Shown: one piece after another, positions 28,246 through 38,127 of the stretch
Layout: every line of letters begins with the position of its first letter
Numbering within the stretch: position 1 is the first letter of the stretch
Origin: a virus
Strand: one strand, 5' to 3'
IMG/VR virus record: IMGVR_UViG_3300045988_073298
Length of the DNA stretch: 64,000 nt
The notes under the pieces: generated by a model
What the model saw: only the letters and a program-made list of their open reading frames with translations
The model's database searches: none
What the model was told of the DNA's origin: nothing
Program-made: the position numbers and the translations under genes

Positions 28246-30152
28246 TGGAACAACAGATAATAAGTAATAAAGTATACGAGTCACTACAAGTGCCAACAGA
28301 AAATACTCGTACTACTACTGGAAAAGTACTTTATGCTAACAAATACAGTGGAGTAGCTGAAGTAGCAATGCCTGAAGATTTAAAGGCTTTGATAGATAGC
28401 GATTTTGGGCTAGTGGGAAAGAATGTCTTGGTTCAGTTAGAACAAAAGATGAAGGGTTATACCAATGGCCCCTGGTATGTGGATTCAAGGGATGGGGTTA
28501 TTTATATACATAATAGAAAGTTTAATGAGGAGCCGGTATGTACTTATACTTATCAGGGTGAGCATGGTGAAGTACTCAGAGTATCATTTGCTACTCAAAA
28601 GGTAACTAAACGAGTTAAAGCAGTACTAGCACCGTCTTTAGATCCCGATAGTAAAGACCTATCTGTATTATCAACCAACATTAATGAACCAGAAGATAAA
28701 CCCTCTTTAGCTTTAAGCCCATATATAGCTAGAGTAGATAATGTTGAAGTATCTAATTTTACCAGTAACGGGTTTGAGGATTATCAAAGCCATCCTACTA
28801 CTCCTACCGAAGTAATGGATACTTGGGATATGAAAGTCCAATATAATAGGGAAAAAGAAGCCGAGTATAAAAAGAGGGTAGCAGAATATGAAGCTGTTGG
28901 TCCAGTTGGAGCTTATGAAGCTGGTAAACAAAGGAGATTTGATGAGATGTCTATTGAAGATATACGTACCACCATTAATCAAGCCGCCAGTGAATTACCC
29001 GATGATAAAAAAAGAGCTCTTCAACAAGTACTAAAGAATTCCAGAAATGGTAAAGAATTAGAAGCCAATCTCAAAAAGTTATTAGAATACGAAATGTACC
29101 TTTTTGAGGATGAAGATGGCATGGAATTTATGGTAACCGAATATGTAGATCCTCTAGATTATGACCCAGAGGGTTATACCTCTAAACAAGCGGGAGCAGG
29201 TATAGCTTCAGGTATCAATTTTAAAAAGGGGGTATTACCAGCATCTGAAAGGGGGTTTGAGGCTTTGAATAAAGACCCTTATACTGAAGTATTATCAGGT
29301 ATGGAAATTGATACTACTAAACACTATGGCCAAGGTCAATATGGTAAAAAGGTTAAGGTAAGGCATATGAAAAGAGTAAATCTTAAAGTACCCATCTATA
29401 AGCTTTATCACAACTTATTCAGTAGATACGGAGGAGCCGATAAGTATGCTTGGGCAGCCAATGCCAATGCCAATGGTGGCTTAAAGCAAACAGAAAAAAG
29501 ATTGGTATGTCAACTTCAAGTAGTTGGTAGACCTATGCTAGCAACTTCTCAAATAATCAATTTAGAGAACGTGGGTAAACGATGGTCTGGGCTTTGGTAT
29601 ATAAAACAATGCACCCATTCAATGGATGCTGGTCAAGGTTATATAACCAATATGGAGTTAGTAAAAAATAATTCTAAGTCTGGTTCTGTAACTTCTCGAA
29701 CTGATCTATCTACTCAGAGTATTGTAGAAAATGATGCTAAGGCCAATGCTAAGACTGATAGGGGCAAAGATAAAAAGGCTTTAAGCTCTTCTCAAAATCT
29801 TAACCTTAACTTTACTTATAATGAGGAAGTATACTACAATGAGCATTTCCTTAATGAAAAGGGGGAAATAATTGACATCAAAGGTCAAGCCGAGTTTATT
29901 AGAAAAAAGGCTTACTATACCGAAGTAAATGCTAAAGATCCCAAAGCTTTGGCAGAAGGCATAGTTTTATCTACTGGTAATACAGTTACTTCTAAGGGTA
30001 AACTAATACCAGGTAAGATAACTATCAAGGAAATCCAAGTCCCTGAAGACTATTGGGTTAAGTTTAATTATATGGCTATAGCTAATCGGGTATATCGTGA
30101 TATGGCTAAAAAGCATAAACGAATAGCAAGTCAAATATACGTAGAGGAATAA
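28245..30152 (+). CDS. baseplate hub protein (P2 gpD / Mu gpP-like)
   Basis: 635 aa. 'GKRWSGLWYIKQCTHSMDAGQGYITNMEL' fits the conserved gpD-family motif. Position is upstream of the spike. Confidence 0.65.
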   Translation: MEQQIISNKVYESLQVPTENTRTTTGKVLYANKYSGVAEVAMPEDLKALIDSDFGLVGKNVLVQLEQKMKGYTNGPWYVDSRDGVIYIHNRKFNEEPVCTYTYQGEHGEVLRVSFATQKVTKRVKAVLAPSLDPDSKDLSVLSTNINEPEDKPSLALSPYIARVDNVEVSNFTSNGFEDYQSHPTTPTEVMDTWDMKVQYNREKEAEYKKRVAEYEAVGPVGAYEAGKQRRFDEMSIEDIRTTINQAASELPDDKKRALQQVLKNSRNGKELEANLKKLLEYEMYLFEDEDGMEFMVTEYVDPLDYDPEGYTSKQAGAGIASGINFKKGVLPASERGFEALNKDPYTEVLSGMEIDTTKHYGQGQYGKKVKVRHMKRVNLKVPIYKLYHNLFSRYGGADKYAWAANANANGGLKQTEKRLVCQLQVVGRPMLATSQIINLENVGKRWSGLWYIKQCTHSMDAGQGYITNMELVKNNSKSGSVTSRTDLSTQSIVENDAKANAKTDRGKDKKALSSSQNLNLNFTYNEEVYYNEHFLNEKGEIIDIKGQAEFIRKKAYYTEVNAKDPKALAEGIVLSTGNTVTSKGKLIPGKITIKEIQVPEDYWVKFNYMAIANRVYRDMAKKHKRIASQIYVEE

Positions 30153-30156
30153 GGAT

Positions 30157-30879
30157 ATGAGTTACGAAACAGCAAAAATAATAACCGATGAAGGCTTAGA
30201 GGGCCTTGGTCGGTATTACTCTGTTTATAGAGGCATCGTTGTTGATAATAATGATGTAGAGAAAAACATGAACAGAATAAAGGTATGTGTCCCAGAAGTA
30301 ATGGGCGGAGTATTTGCTTGGGCATATCCGAAAGGACAGCATGGTTCACTGAGTTCAGGCTTTAAATACTTAGCTCCTAAAGTTGGAGACATGGTATTTA
30401 TTACTTTTGAATTTGGGGATCCCACTAAGCCTCTCTGGGAATACCATGGTTGGGGGATGAATCAAATACCTCAACCTTTAAATGGGCCAAATAAAATTGG
30501 TATAATTACACCTGAAGGTAATCTTATGGTTATTGATGATGATAGTGGAGAACTCAACTTACACTTTAATGGCCCAGTAAATGTTCATTCAGAAAAAGAG
30601 GTAGTTATAAATGCCGATGGAGATATTAATGTGGCCTCTGGGGATTCAGTAATATTAAATACGGGGGAGAATGGTGGAGTAATCAATATATTCCAATTAA
30701 CCGAGAAATTAAATCAAACCGTTAAAGAATTAGAACAACTTCGCATTATGTTCAACTCTCATGTACACTCTGGTGTAACTACTGGGCCAGGTTCTTCTGG
30801 CCCAACCTTAACTCAAGTAACTAAACCCTTCTCACAATTCGTTGTAGACGATTATGAGGATAAAACCTGCATACACTAA
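30157..30879 (+). CDS. baseplate central spike (gpV / gp5 OB-fold / VgrG-like)
   Basis: 240 aa. 'YRGIVVDNND...RIKVCVPEVMGGVFAWAYP...PKVGDMVFITFEFGDPTKPLW' is the typical spike OB-fold signature. Confidence 0.8.
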   Translation: MSYETAKIITDEGLEGLGRYYSVYRGIVVDNNDVEKNMNRIKVCVPEVMGGVFAWAYPKGQHGSLSSGFKYLAPKVGDMVFITFEFGDPTKPLWEYHGWGMNQIPQPLNGPNKIGIITPEGNLMVIDDDSGELNLHFNGPVNVHSEKEVVINADGDINVASGDSVILNTGENGGVINIFQLTEKLNQTVKELEQLRIMFNSHVHSGVTTGPGSSGPTLTQVTKPFSQFVVDDYEDKTCIH

Positions 30880-31283
30880 TGGAAAAGAATTACTTTACAG
30901 ATTTAGTTGGTATAGGTGTAACTTATCCTATCCAACTTACAACTAATGAAAATGGGGAAAGAGGTTGGTACCCAGTAAACGGGGATTTTAAACTTATCAG
31001 GGATAATATAAGTTCGATATTATATTATATGATAGGCCAGAGATTTCGACAGGAAAATTTTGGTAGTAAATTATGGCAATGTATTGAAGAACCAAACTCA
31101 CAAGCCCTAAGTTTTATAATTAAAGAGTTTTTAAAACAAGCCATAGGTGCATGGGAACAGAGAATAACATTCCAAAATATCACAGTTACTAGAGTTGATG
31201 CAAAAATACATATAGAAGTAGCTTATGTAGTAAATGGAACAAATTCTAGTCAATACCTTGATATCACCTATGATAGTTTCTGA
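30879..31283 (+). CDS. baseplate wedge protein gp25/gpW-like
   Basis: 134 aa. 'GVTYPIQL...IRDNISSILYYMIGQRFRQENFGSKLWQCIEEPN...AIGAWEQRI' matches the GPW/gp25 pattern. Confidence 0.8.
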   Translation: MEKNYFTDLVGIGVTYPIQLTTNENGERGWYPVNGDFKLIRDNISSILYYMIGQRFRQENFGSKLWQCIEEPNSQALSFIIKEFLKQAIGAWEQRITFQNITVTRVDAKIHIEVAYVVNGTNSSQYLDITYDSF

Positions 31284-31306
31284 TAATTCATTAAATACAC
31301 AATAAT

Positions 31307-33028
31307 ATGGGAATCACAAATAAATGGCTTAACCCATACCAGAGGTCTTATCAACAGATTAAGGCCAAGCTGGTTGAATCTCTTATGGGGCTAAAAGACT
31401 CTCAAGGTCAGAAACTCATAACGGATTATTCGGAGGGTAATATCTTAATTATTATCCTCTCTTTGTTTGCGGCAATTGCCGAAGTACTCCATTACTATGT
31501 AGATAATATGGCAAGGGAAACTTTTCTATCTACTGCAAGGAGGTATGATTCGGTAGTTAAACATGGAGCATTGGTAGATTACCATGCTCGAGCAGCAATC
31601 GCAGCTACGGTAGATGTAATCTTATCTAGAAGTATTACTGGTAATTCTATCGGGGCCAAATTAACTATACCTCAGGGTACTGTATTTACAGACTCTAATG
31701 GTAATTCTTGGTTATCTGCCAGAGATGTAATATGGTATTCAAATGTAACTACATGTAAAGTACCCCTTATACAGCATGAGAAATATACTTCGAGTGCTCT
31801 TAATAATATGGTAATACCCAGTGGAGATAGAGTAATACTCAACCTTGGTACATTACCAAACGGTAAATACTATGAACAAGGTTCTATGTCTTTACAGATA
31901 GGTGGAGAATCCTGGGTATTAGTAGATACCTTTGCAAAATCCAAACCTACAGATAAACATTTCATGGTATCAGTAGATGAAGCTCTCAACCCTTATATAA
32001 TGTTTGGGGATGGTACTTTTGGTAAGAAGCCTGCAGCAGGTGCAAAGATAACCAATGTGGTATTTTATTTAACCAATGGTTCTCAGGGTAACGTAAAGAG
32101 TAATACCATTACTTCTATACCTTCAGTAATATCTTCATCAATTACGGATGCTACAGTAAGTAATGCTTATGATGCTGCAGGAGGTTCAAACTACGAAAAC
32201 TTTACAATGCTCAAGGAACATATACCTTTGAGTGTAAAAACATTGGGAGTAGCAATTACCAAAGAGGATTTCGAAAGTTTGGCAATGTTAGTAGATGGGG
32301 TAAACAAAGCTAAGGCAGATTATGAATGCGGTAGAAAACTTACCGTATATATTAGCCCAGATGGAGGAGCAGTAGCATCTTCTGAATTAATAAGTAGAGT
32401 ATACAATCTATTATCTCAAAGAGCTCCGATGACTACCTGGCTTAAGGTTAAATCTGCAGGCAAGGTTCAGATAATATTAGAGATGGATGTTACTGGTAAG
32501 AAATCTTATAAGACTGCCGAGATACAAACTCAGATACTTACTGCATTATATAATGCCTATTCTCCGGAACAAGCTCAGATAGGTGGTGATGTAAGAATAT
32601 CTGATATCTATGCTTTGATAGATAACCTTTCTACGGTAGACTATCTACACCTTACTAAGTTCTATATTAAACCTTGGCCTATCACTATTTACGGTAATAA
32701 AGAGTTAAGCTTGGGTCAGTTTAAATTAAACAAAGCTACTGGGTCAATGACCTATTACATAACCTTCAATTCTTCAACTACATTTACTGTACGTTCTGTA
32801 TCTAATGGTTATGTAACTACCGGGACAGTAGGTAACTCTATTCAGATAATCGATAAAGCAAATGGTTTTGATTTCTCTTTGGACATTCAGAATAACAGTT
32901 ATAAGTCTGGGTATAGGTATTCTATTACCATATCAGAACCCAACCATGATTATGAAGACCCTGGGTTTAACTTACCGGTATTCGAAAATGCTTCACAACT
33001 AACACTAACCGTAAAAGAGATAGTATAA
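31307..33028 (+). CDS. baseplate wedge protein gpJ / gp6-like
   Basis: 573 aa directly after the gp25-like gene. The size and order are canonical for P2 J / Mu gp47 / T4 gp6. Confidence 0.7.
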   Translation: MGITNKWLNPYQRSYQQIKAKLVESLMGLKDSQGQKLITDYSEGNILIIILSLFAAIAEVLHYYVDNMARETFLSTARRYDSVVKHGALVDYHARAAIAATVDVILSRSITGNSIGAKLTIPQGTVFTDSNGNSWLSARDVIWYSNVTTCKVPLIQHEKYTSSALNNMVIPSGDRVILNLGTLPNGKYYEQGSMSLQIGGESWVLVDTFAKSKPTDKHFMVSVDEALNPYIMFGDGTFGKKPAAGAKITNVVFYLTNGSQGNVKSNTITSIPSVISSSITDATVSNAYDAAGGSNYENFTMLKEHIPLSVKTLGVAITKEDFESLAMLVDGVNKAKADYECGRKLTVYISPDGGAVASSELISRVYNLLSQRAPMTTWLKVKSAGKVQIILEMDVTGKKSYKTAEIQTQILTALYNAYSPEQAQIGGDVRISDIYALIDNLSTVDYLHLTKFYIKPWPITIYGNKELSLGQFKLNKATGSMTYYITFNSSTTFTVRSVSNGYVTTGTVGNSIQIIDKANGFDFSLDIQNNSYKSGYRYSITISEPNHDYEDPGFNLPVFENASQLTLTVKEIV

Positions 33029-35490
33029 TGATAAACCTAAAAAATCTAATCGATTTTTTACCATTCGAATATAAGGACCAAGATACTTATAGGGTAAATG
33101 GTAAAGGCATCTTAGAAAGGTTTCTAGAAATTTGCGGAGAGCATTTTGAAGATTATATTACTAAGGACATTGAGAATATTCTGGATATTATCAATATAGA
33201 TAAAACCCCAGATATGTACCTTAACTTCCTTTGGCAATTTCTCGGAGAAATGCCCTTTGCTTATGGGAACACTATAGATGCTCAAAAATGGTCAGAGTAC
33301 TTTAATGGGTTCTATTCTGATAGTAAACTTCAAGAGCTATCAAAACTTTGGATAATTCCTAAGGAAGGCCCATTTACTTTAACAAGTACTCAAGTAAGAA
33401 ACATACTGAAATACTCAGTATCACTTTTCAAAATACGAGGAACTTCAGAGTTCTTCGAAATTATGATGAGGTTATATGGATTAACCTGTACAGTAACTGA
33501 CCCAGCTAAGGCAGACTCTTACGATGGTTGGGTAAAGAGCAATCCAAGATTCGACCAGTACTATCAATATGATGATAGATATACCTTTGATAATACCTTT
33601 GATTGTTCTCAATGTATACCAGTAACTTTCAGACTCACCGGTCATGGATATACTTCTAATTCGGAAAGCTTTAAGAGATTTAGGGAAGCAGTAGAAAGTT
33701 TCTTTAAAAGGTTCATACCCTATCATGTATCATTTATCATACAGTATGGATTTACCATAAATGATGGGTATACAATTAAGGCAGAATTAGTAAATCCCGA
33801 ACAACCTAATCTTATTACTTCTGAAGTATATGAAGTACCTGTAAGAGTAACCGTAACTGCAGATTGGGTAAATGCCGATTTGAGATATCAGATATCAAGT
33901 GATGGTGTTAATTGGGGTTATACTAAACATGCAAGTGGTTCGGTATTTTATATACCAAGAGCTGGTACTTATTACTTCAGAAGTGTAGGGGATAATTCTA
34001 AGGTAACCCAAATCACTGTAAATCAGGAATCCTATAATAGGGTATATTCCATTACCTGTGAACCAATCTCAGAAAAGATAACTCCCAGTAAGTTAAAGGT
34101 TAGTACTGTAGTAAGGGCTAACGTATCTTACAAGGGTACAGTTAAGATTTGTAAGGTAAGGTTATCTGGTACTGACCAAGTAAAAGGCTCAGGCTCAACT
34201 TGGGAATTTACAGAGCCAGGTACTTATGTTTTTGAGATAGTAGAGTTTCCTGTAAAACAAACTTCTTTTGTAGTAACTCGAGAAGAGATTACCTATAAGG
34301 TAAGATGTACACCTTCCGAATTTAGAGTGGGTGATAAACAAAGTATTAGGGATGCAGTTACTACTCTAACCATAGAATCAAATTACCCAGAATCATTTAC
34401 TGGTGATTTATACTGTAGGCTAATAGGTGATACCAAACTGTTTAAGAATGAGGATAAGTTTACTGCCAGTAGTTACGGTACTTACAAATTCAAATGTACA
34501 CTGGATAAAAGGGAAACCGATGAAGGTGTAGGTATCTTCGAAGTAACCTCTGGTAAAACTGCAATATATAGAATAAGTGTTAACCCATCAACTTCTACTC
34601 TATTCAATGGCTCAGCTAAAACTACTGTAAACATCCAGCGTATTTCTGGTAATGGTGACGATTATAGGGTAAGGGTAGTAGAGACTGGGGAAACCTTCGA
34701 TGCAGCTAATGGGTATGTATATACCACTAATAGAGCAGGGACTTATACTTTCCAATCAGTAGCTTATCCTACTGCTAAGACTACATGGGTTGTTAATAAC
34801 TCACCTACAGTATATCAAAATAAACTTAAGATAGTTCCCTCAGATGCTACTGATTCAAAATGGAAAGAACCTAATTGGTCACTACCAGAAGATCAGATTG
34901 ATGATACTTATGCCATTTACCAATTGTTGGATGAAATTTCTGCTTGTAAGTTCCACCTTGAAGAAATGAAGAATGGTGTTAATGTAAGTGGTACTGCAAC
35001 TTGCGATGAAACAGGGGAAACCTATAATCTTGAATCAGAGATTACTTTAACTAAGGCTGGTACTTATACTTTTACTGCCGACGATGGTTCTTCTCTAAGA
35101 TGTCAAGTAATACTTGAAGATTATCCAACTATTATCGAAATTTCTTGTACTCCTGAGTATGCAGAATTAAAAGGTACCATTAAGCAGGTTTCTACTTTAA
35201 TCAAATGTGTATCTAATAAATCGGATTTCGATAGTAGAGTTAGGGAAGTTGGTAAAGTAAATACATATGATGCAGGAGGTGCTGGATACGAATTTATAAC
35301 GGCTACTGCTGGAGAATATATTTTCGAATCTGTAGCAGATACTTCAAAGAGAACTAAATTCACCGTAGTAGATGCAGACCTTTTAAGTGTTAGTCCTCGG
35401 GTATTGGAGTGGGAACATGATGACTTATCCGAGAAAACCTTTACCATTACAACATACAGTAATCAATCTTGGCAAATAGTAGAACAATGA
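33028..35490 (+). CDS. baseplate gpI-like protein fused to six Ig-like repeats
   Basis: 820 aa. The N-terminus 'LPFEYKDQ...GILERFLEICGEHFEDY...MYLNFLWQFLGE...LFKIRGTSEFFEIMMRLYG' follows the P2 gpI pattern. It is followed by six ~85-aa modules, each with 'G(T/E)Y.F' (e.g. 'AGTYYFRSVGD', 'PGTYVFEIVEF', 'AGTYTFQSVAY'). Confidence 0.6.
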   Translation: MINLKNLIDFLPFEYKDQDTYRVNGKGILERFLEICGEHFEDYITKDIENILDIINIDKTPDMYLNFLWQFLGEMPFAYGNTIDAQKWSEYFNGFYSDSKLQELSKLWIIPKEGPFTLTSTQVRNILKYSVSLFKIRGTSEFFEIMMRLYGLTCTVTDPAKADSYDGWVKSNPRFDQYYQYDDRYTFDNTFDCSQCIPVTFRLTGHGYTSNSESFKRFREAVESFFKRFIPYHVSFIIQYGFTINDGYTIKAELVNPEQPNLITSEVYEVPVRVTVTADWVNADLRYQISSDGVNWGYTKHASGSVFYIPRAGTYYFRSVGDNSKVTQITVNQESYNRVYSITCEPISEKITPSKLKVSTVVRANVSYKGTVKICKVRLSGTDQVKGSGSTWEFTEPGTYVFEIVEFPVKQTSFVVTREEITYKVRCTPSEFRVGDKQSIRDAVTTLTIESNYPESFTGDLYCRLIGDTKLFKNEDKFTASSYGTYKFKCTLDKRETDEGVGIFEVTSGKTAIYRISVNPSTSTLFNGSAKTTVNIQRISGNGDDYRVRVVETGETFDAANGYVYTTNRAGTYTFQSVAYPTAKTTWVVNNSPTVYQNKLKIVPSDATDSKWKEPNWSLPEDQIDDTYAIYQLLDEISACKFHLEEMKNGVNVSGTATCDETGETYNLESEITLTKAGTYTFTADDGSSLRCQVILEDYPTIIEISCTPEYAELKGTIKQVSTLIKCVSNKSDFDSRVREVGKVNTYDAGGAGYEFITATAGEYIFESVADTSKRTKFTVVDADLLSVSPRVLEWEHDDLSEKTFTITTYSNQSWQIVEQ

Positions 35491-36017
35491 TAAGTACCGT
35501 TGATAAAATTACAGAGACCACGACTCAGTCTTTATTTAAGACCTTTACTGTGGGAATAGTAGGAGAGTGTACACAAATCTTATACGATTTGAGGTGGATG
35601 ATAGTACTTGCAATAATCTTAATCTTATCAGATTTATGGTTTGGGTTATCAGCAAGTAGGCTACATAATATAGAGATTCGAAAATCCAGAGCTGGAAGAA
35701 GAACTCTAAATAAGATAGTAGATTATATCTGCTATGTCTTACTCGGAGCCGTACTTGGTAAAGCTATAGGTGAACCTTATGGGATGAATCCCATAGTTGT
35801 ATCTATAACTGCTATGGTATTATGTTATTGTTTCGAAATAGATAGTATATATGGGCATATTTGTGAAATACATGGTATTAAGAAACGATACAGTATATGG
35901 GGGATTCTCTTTAAACTACTAACCCTTAAGTTCAAGGACTTGGGCGAAGCCTTTAAAGATATGGCAGAACAGAAAAATAACTTTAAAAATACTAAGGATA
36001 ATGAAGACGTACTTTAA
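35487..36017 (+). CDS. holin-like membrane protein (phage holin 4_1 / TcdE-like pattern)
   Basis: The start is moved to the ATG at 35487 (ATGA overlap with the upstream stop); the track start at 35469 is TTG. Three hydrophobic helices, 'SRLHNIEIRKSRAGRRTLNK' and 'CFEIDSIYGHICEIHG' resemble this holin family. Confidence 0.5.
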   Translation: MISTVDKITETTTQSLFKTFTVGIVGECTQILYDLRWMIVLAIILILSDLWFGLSASRLHNIEIRKSRAGRRTLNKIVDYICYVLLGAVLGKAIGEPYGMNPIVVSITAMVLCYCFEIDSIYGHICEIHGIKKRYSIWGILFKLLTLKFKDLGEAFKDMAEQKNNFKNTKDNEDVL

Positions 36018-37356
36018 GTATGAAGGTATTATTAAATCGAAGGAAGCAGCAGAAGCAATTGCTGCTCCTTCTGGTTTAGGACCATTCTGTGGATTTGGCT
36101 CAGCTACCATAAATGGTAATAAATTAACGGTATCTCCTCGGGGAGTTTCTGGAAGTAAATATGCTAATGTGATTAAGGATAGAATCCTTGCAAGGTACAT
36201 GGCAAAAGATTCTGAGGATGGGGAATTACCTGATGTGAACTTCGGATGTATTTCAAGGGATGGTTATGTATTCATTTCCGATGAGCAAACTCTTACGATT
36301 GAAAACATCCAAGGTACTCAAGGCTCAACTGAAGAAGTATTACTATTTGCAGTACATACTCCTATACCAGAGCCAGTAGATAACCCAGTTGATTTTGTAG
36401 CATACTGGAATGAATCATCCGAAAGCTTTTACACTTTATTCAAAAAGTCTCAGGATATTTACTACCCCATTGCCGAGGATAATCGTACTCCGGATATACT
36501 TAATAATGATGTATATTCCGATTATGATATGACGTTTAGCAATCTTCTAGAGATGGCAGAGAGTGCTTGCCCTTATTACTCTAATAATAAGAATTCCGTT
36601 GTTCTTATTGGAGTATACGGTAAGGGTACAGATGCAATGACCAAACGAAATGAGAACTTTGCTATCGTACCTTATCAAGGAAAATTTCAAGAAATCCCAT
36701 ACACTACTGCCGCTCATAGTATGGTAAAGGAATCGGTAAAAAGGGTAGAAGATATTAATAAAGGATTCCCAGTAGTAGATGAATCCGGGAATAAATTTAA
36801 TATTAAGCAGTATATCGATAATCAGATTGAGGCAATTCGAAAAGAGTTTGCTGACCAGCTGAGTACTGCTAACCTTCCTATTGGTTCTATAATCTTATGG
36901 GAAACAGATGTAATCCCAGATGGTTGGGCAGAGTATACTAAAGCAGCCGGTAGAATAGTTATAGGTTATCAAGCCGGAGGTATTCAAATTGGTAATGATG
37001 TAATGTTACAAAATGTGGGTGATTACTATACACCTACTCAGGGTAATTTCATTATAACTCTTAAGGGGGATGACTTACCTAAACACCGTCATGCTCTTGG
37101 TGTATCTAAAGGTAAACAAGATGATGCCAATAACTGGGAAAACGTTAGACCTCAGTCTTTCTTTAATAGGGAGACAGGTTTAAATGGAGACTTCGGTAGA
37201 GGAACTCCTACCAAGGGTATTCAAGATGGTGCTATTGTAGTAAGTTGGAACTTGATAGGGGAATCTTTCTTACAAGAGACTTCGGTAGATACTTTGAATA
37301 TAGAAAAATTACCGCCGACTATTACTTTAAGATATATCCAAAAGATATCATCATAA
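36001..37356 (+). CDS. tail fibre / receptor-binding protein with tail-collar domain
   Basis: 451 aa. 'LPIGSIILWETDVIPDGWAEY...GDDLPKHRHAL' matches the phage tail-collar (MdpB-like) motif. It is the last gene of the virion module. Confidence 0.65.
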   Translation: MKTYFKYEGIIKSKEAAEAIAAPSGLGPFCGFGSATINGNKLTVSPRGVSGSKYANVIKDRILARYMAKDSEDGELPDVNFGCISRDGYVFISDEQTLTIENIQGTQGSTEEVLLFAVHTPIPEPVDNPVDFVAYWNESSESFYTLFKKSQDIYYPIAEDNRTPDILNNDVYSDYDMTFSNLLEMAESACPYYSNNKNSVVLIGVYGKGTDAMTKRNENFAIVPYQGKFQEIPYTTAAHSMVKESVKRVEDINKGFPVVDESGNKFNIKQYIDNQIEAIRKEFADQLSTANLPIGSIILWETDVIPDGWAEYTKAAGRIVIGYQAGGIQIGNDVMLQNVGDYYTPTQGNFIITLKGDDLPKHRHALGVSKGKQDDANNWENVRPQSFFNRETGLNGDFGRGTPTKGIQDGAIVVSWNLIGESFLQETSVDTLNIEKLPPTITLRYIQKISS

Positions 37357-37423
37357 TCGTAAACACTCATGTATTAGTTGTATTGTTAGTATGTAAACAA
37401 ATCTAGTTTTGCATAATTACTTT

Positions 37424-37460
37424 AAGGGAAGGGACGTTGGGAAACGCCCCTTTTCTTTTG
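37424..37460. terminator. hairpin terminator between convergent genes
   Basis: GGGACGTT-ggga-AACGCCCC (one mismatch) with A-rich 5' and T-rich 3' flanks. It lies between the + strand fibre gene and the - strand gene ending at 37464. Confidence 0.6.
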
Positions 37461-37463
37461 TGT

Positions 37464-38117
37464 TTAATATTTGAGTTCTTCCTTAGCCCTATCTTCCCAA
37501 TATTGTATATCTTGCCTGAGTTCTGAGATATACCTCATGGAATCATTAGTCTTAGGCATTTCGAAAAACTCTATTAGCATTATATTAGTAATTCGAGTGC
37601 TATTCCCAAGTTTCTCTTTAATGAAGGGTGGAGGAGTGATTAATACTTCGAAAAGTAAATAAGCATCGGAAGAAAGATTAGCCTTCATATATTTATACAT
37701 CATATCAATCATTTCTGATTTGGCCTTTTCTTCTTCGCTATCATCTTCTAATTCCTTATCATTGTCAAATAAATCATCAAGCTTAAAAAGACTTTGATTA
37801 TACTCGGCTTGTTCTCCATAAGCAGAACGAAGTAATTTATTCTTGAATGTACTAAGAGATGCAAGGATTCTTGCTTTAAGATGTTCTTCAGTACACTCAC
37901 CATAGTATTTGTTAAAAACAAATAACATCTTATCCCAGAAATATGATTGAATAATATCCGGTGTAAGGTTAAACCGTTTATAATCAATCTGACGGGTAAG
38001 ATTCTTGATTACCGGCTTACAGACTTTATAAAGTCTGTTAAATGTAGCTTCATCATAATCCTTCATAGGTTTTAATCTGTGAAGCTCAGAGCCATTATTT
38101 CCTTTACTTTTTCCCAT
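37464..38117 (-). CDS. putative phage sigma-70-family factor
   Basis: 217 aa and the only convincing minus-strand gene. 'EATFNRLYKVCKPVIKNLTRQI...DIIQSYFWDKMLFVFNKY' resembles sigma region 2. After an acidic linker, the C-terminal 'LSSDAYLLFEVL...ITNIMLIEFFEM' resembles a region-4 HTH. Judged by eye. Confidence 0.45.
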   Translation of the reverse strand: MGKSKGNNGSELHRLKPMKDYDEATFNRLYKVCKPVIKNLTRQIDYKRFNLTPDIIQSYFWDKMLFVFNKYYGECTEEHLKARILASLSTFKNKLLRSAYGEQAEYNQSLFKLDDLFDNDKELEDDSEEEKAKSEMIDMMYKYMKANLSSDAYLLFEVLITPPPFIKEKLGNSTRITNIMLIEFFEMPKTNDSMRYISELRQDIQYWEDRAKEELKY

Positions 38118-38127
38118 TGTTATAAAT

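Noticed and set aside
37404-37460. TAGTTTTGCATAA (a TAnnTTTG box sharing TTTGCATAA with the 20-nt promoter element) immediately upstream of the convergent terminator, possibly a tiny sRNA
   Set aside because: The implied transcript would be only ~40 nt and consist of little more than the terminator hairpin. It rests on a single short motif match with no downstream ORF. Worth a glance in RNA-seq but not supportable from sequence.
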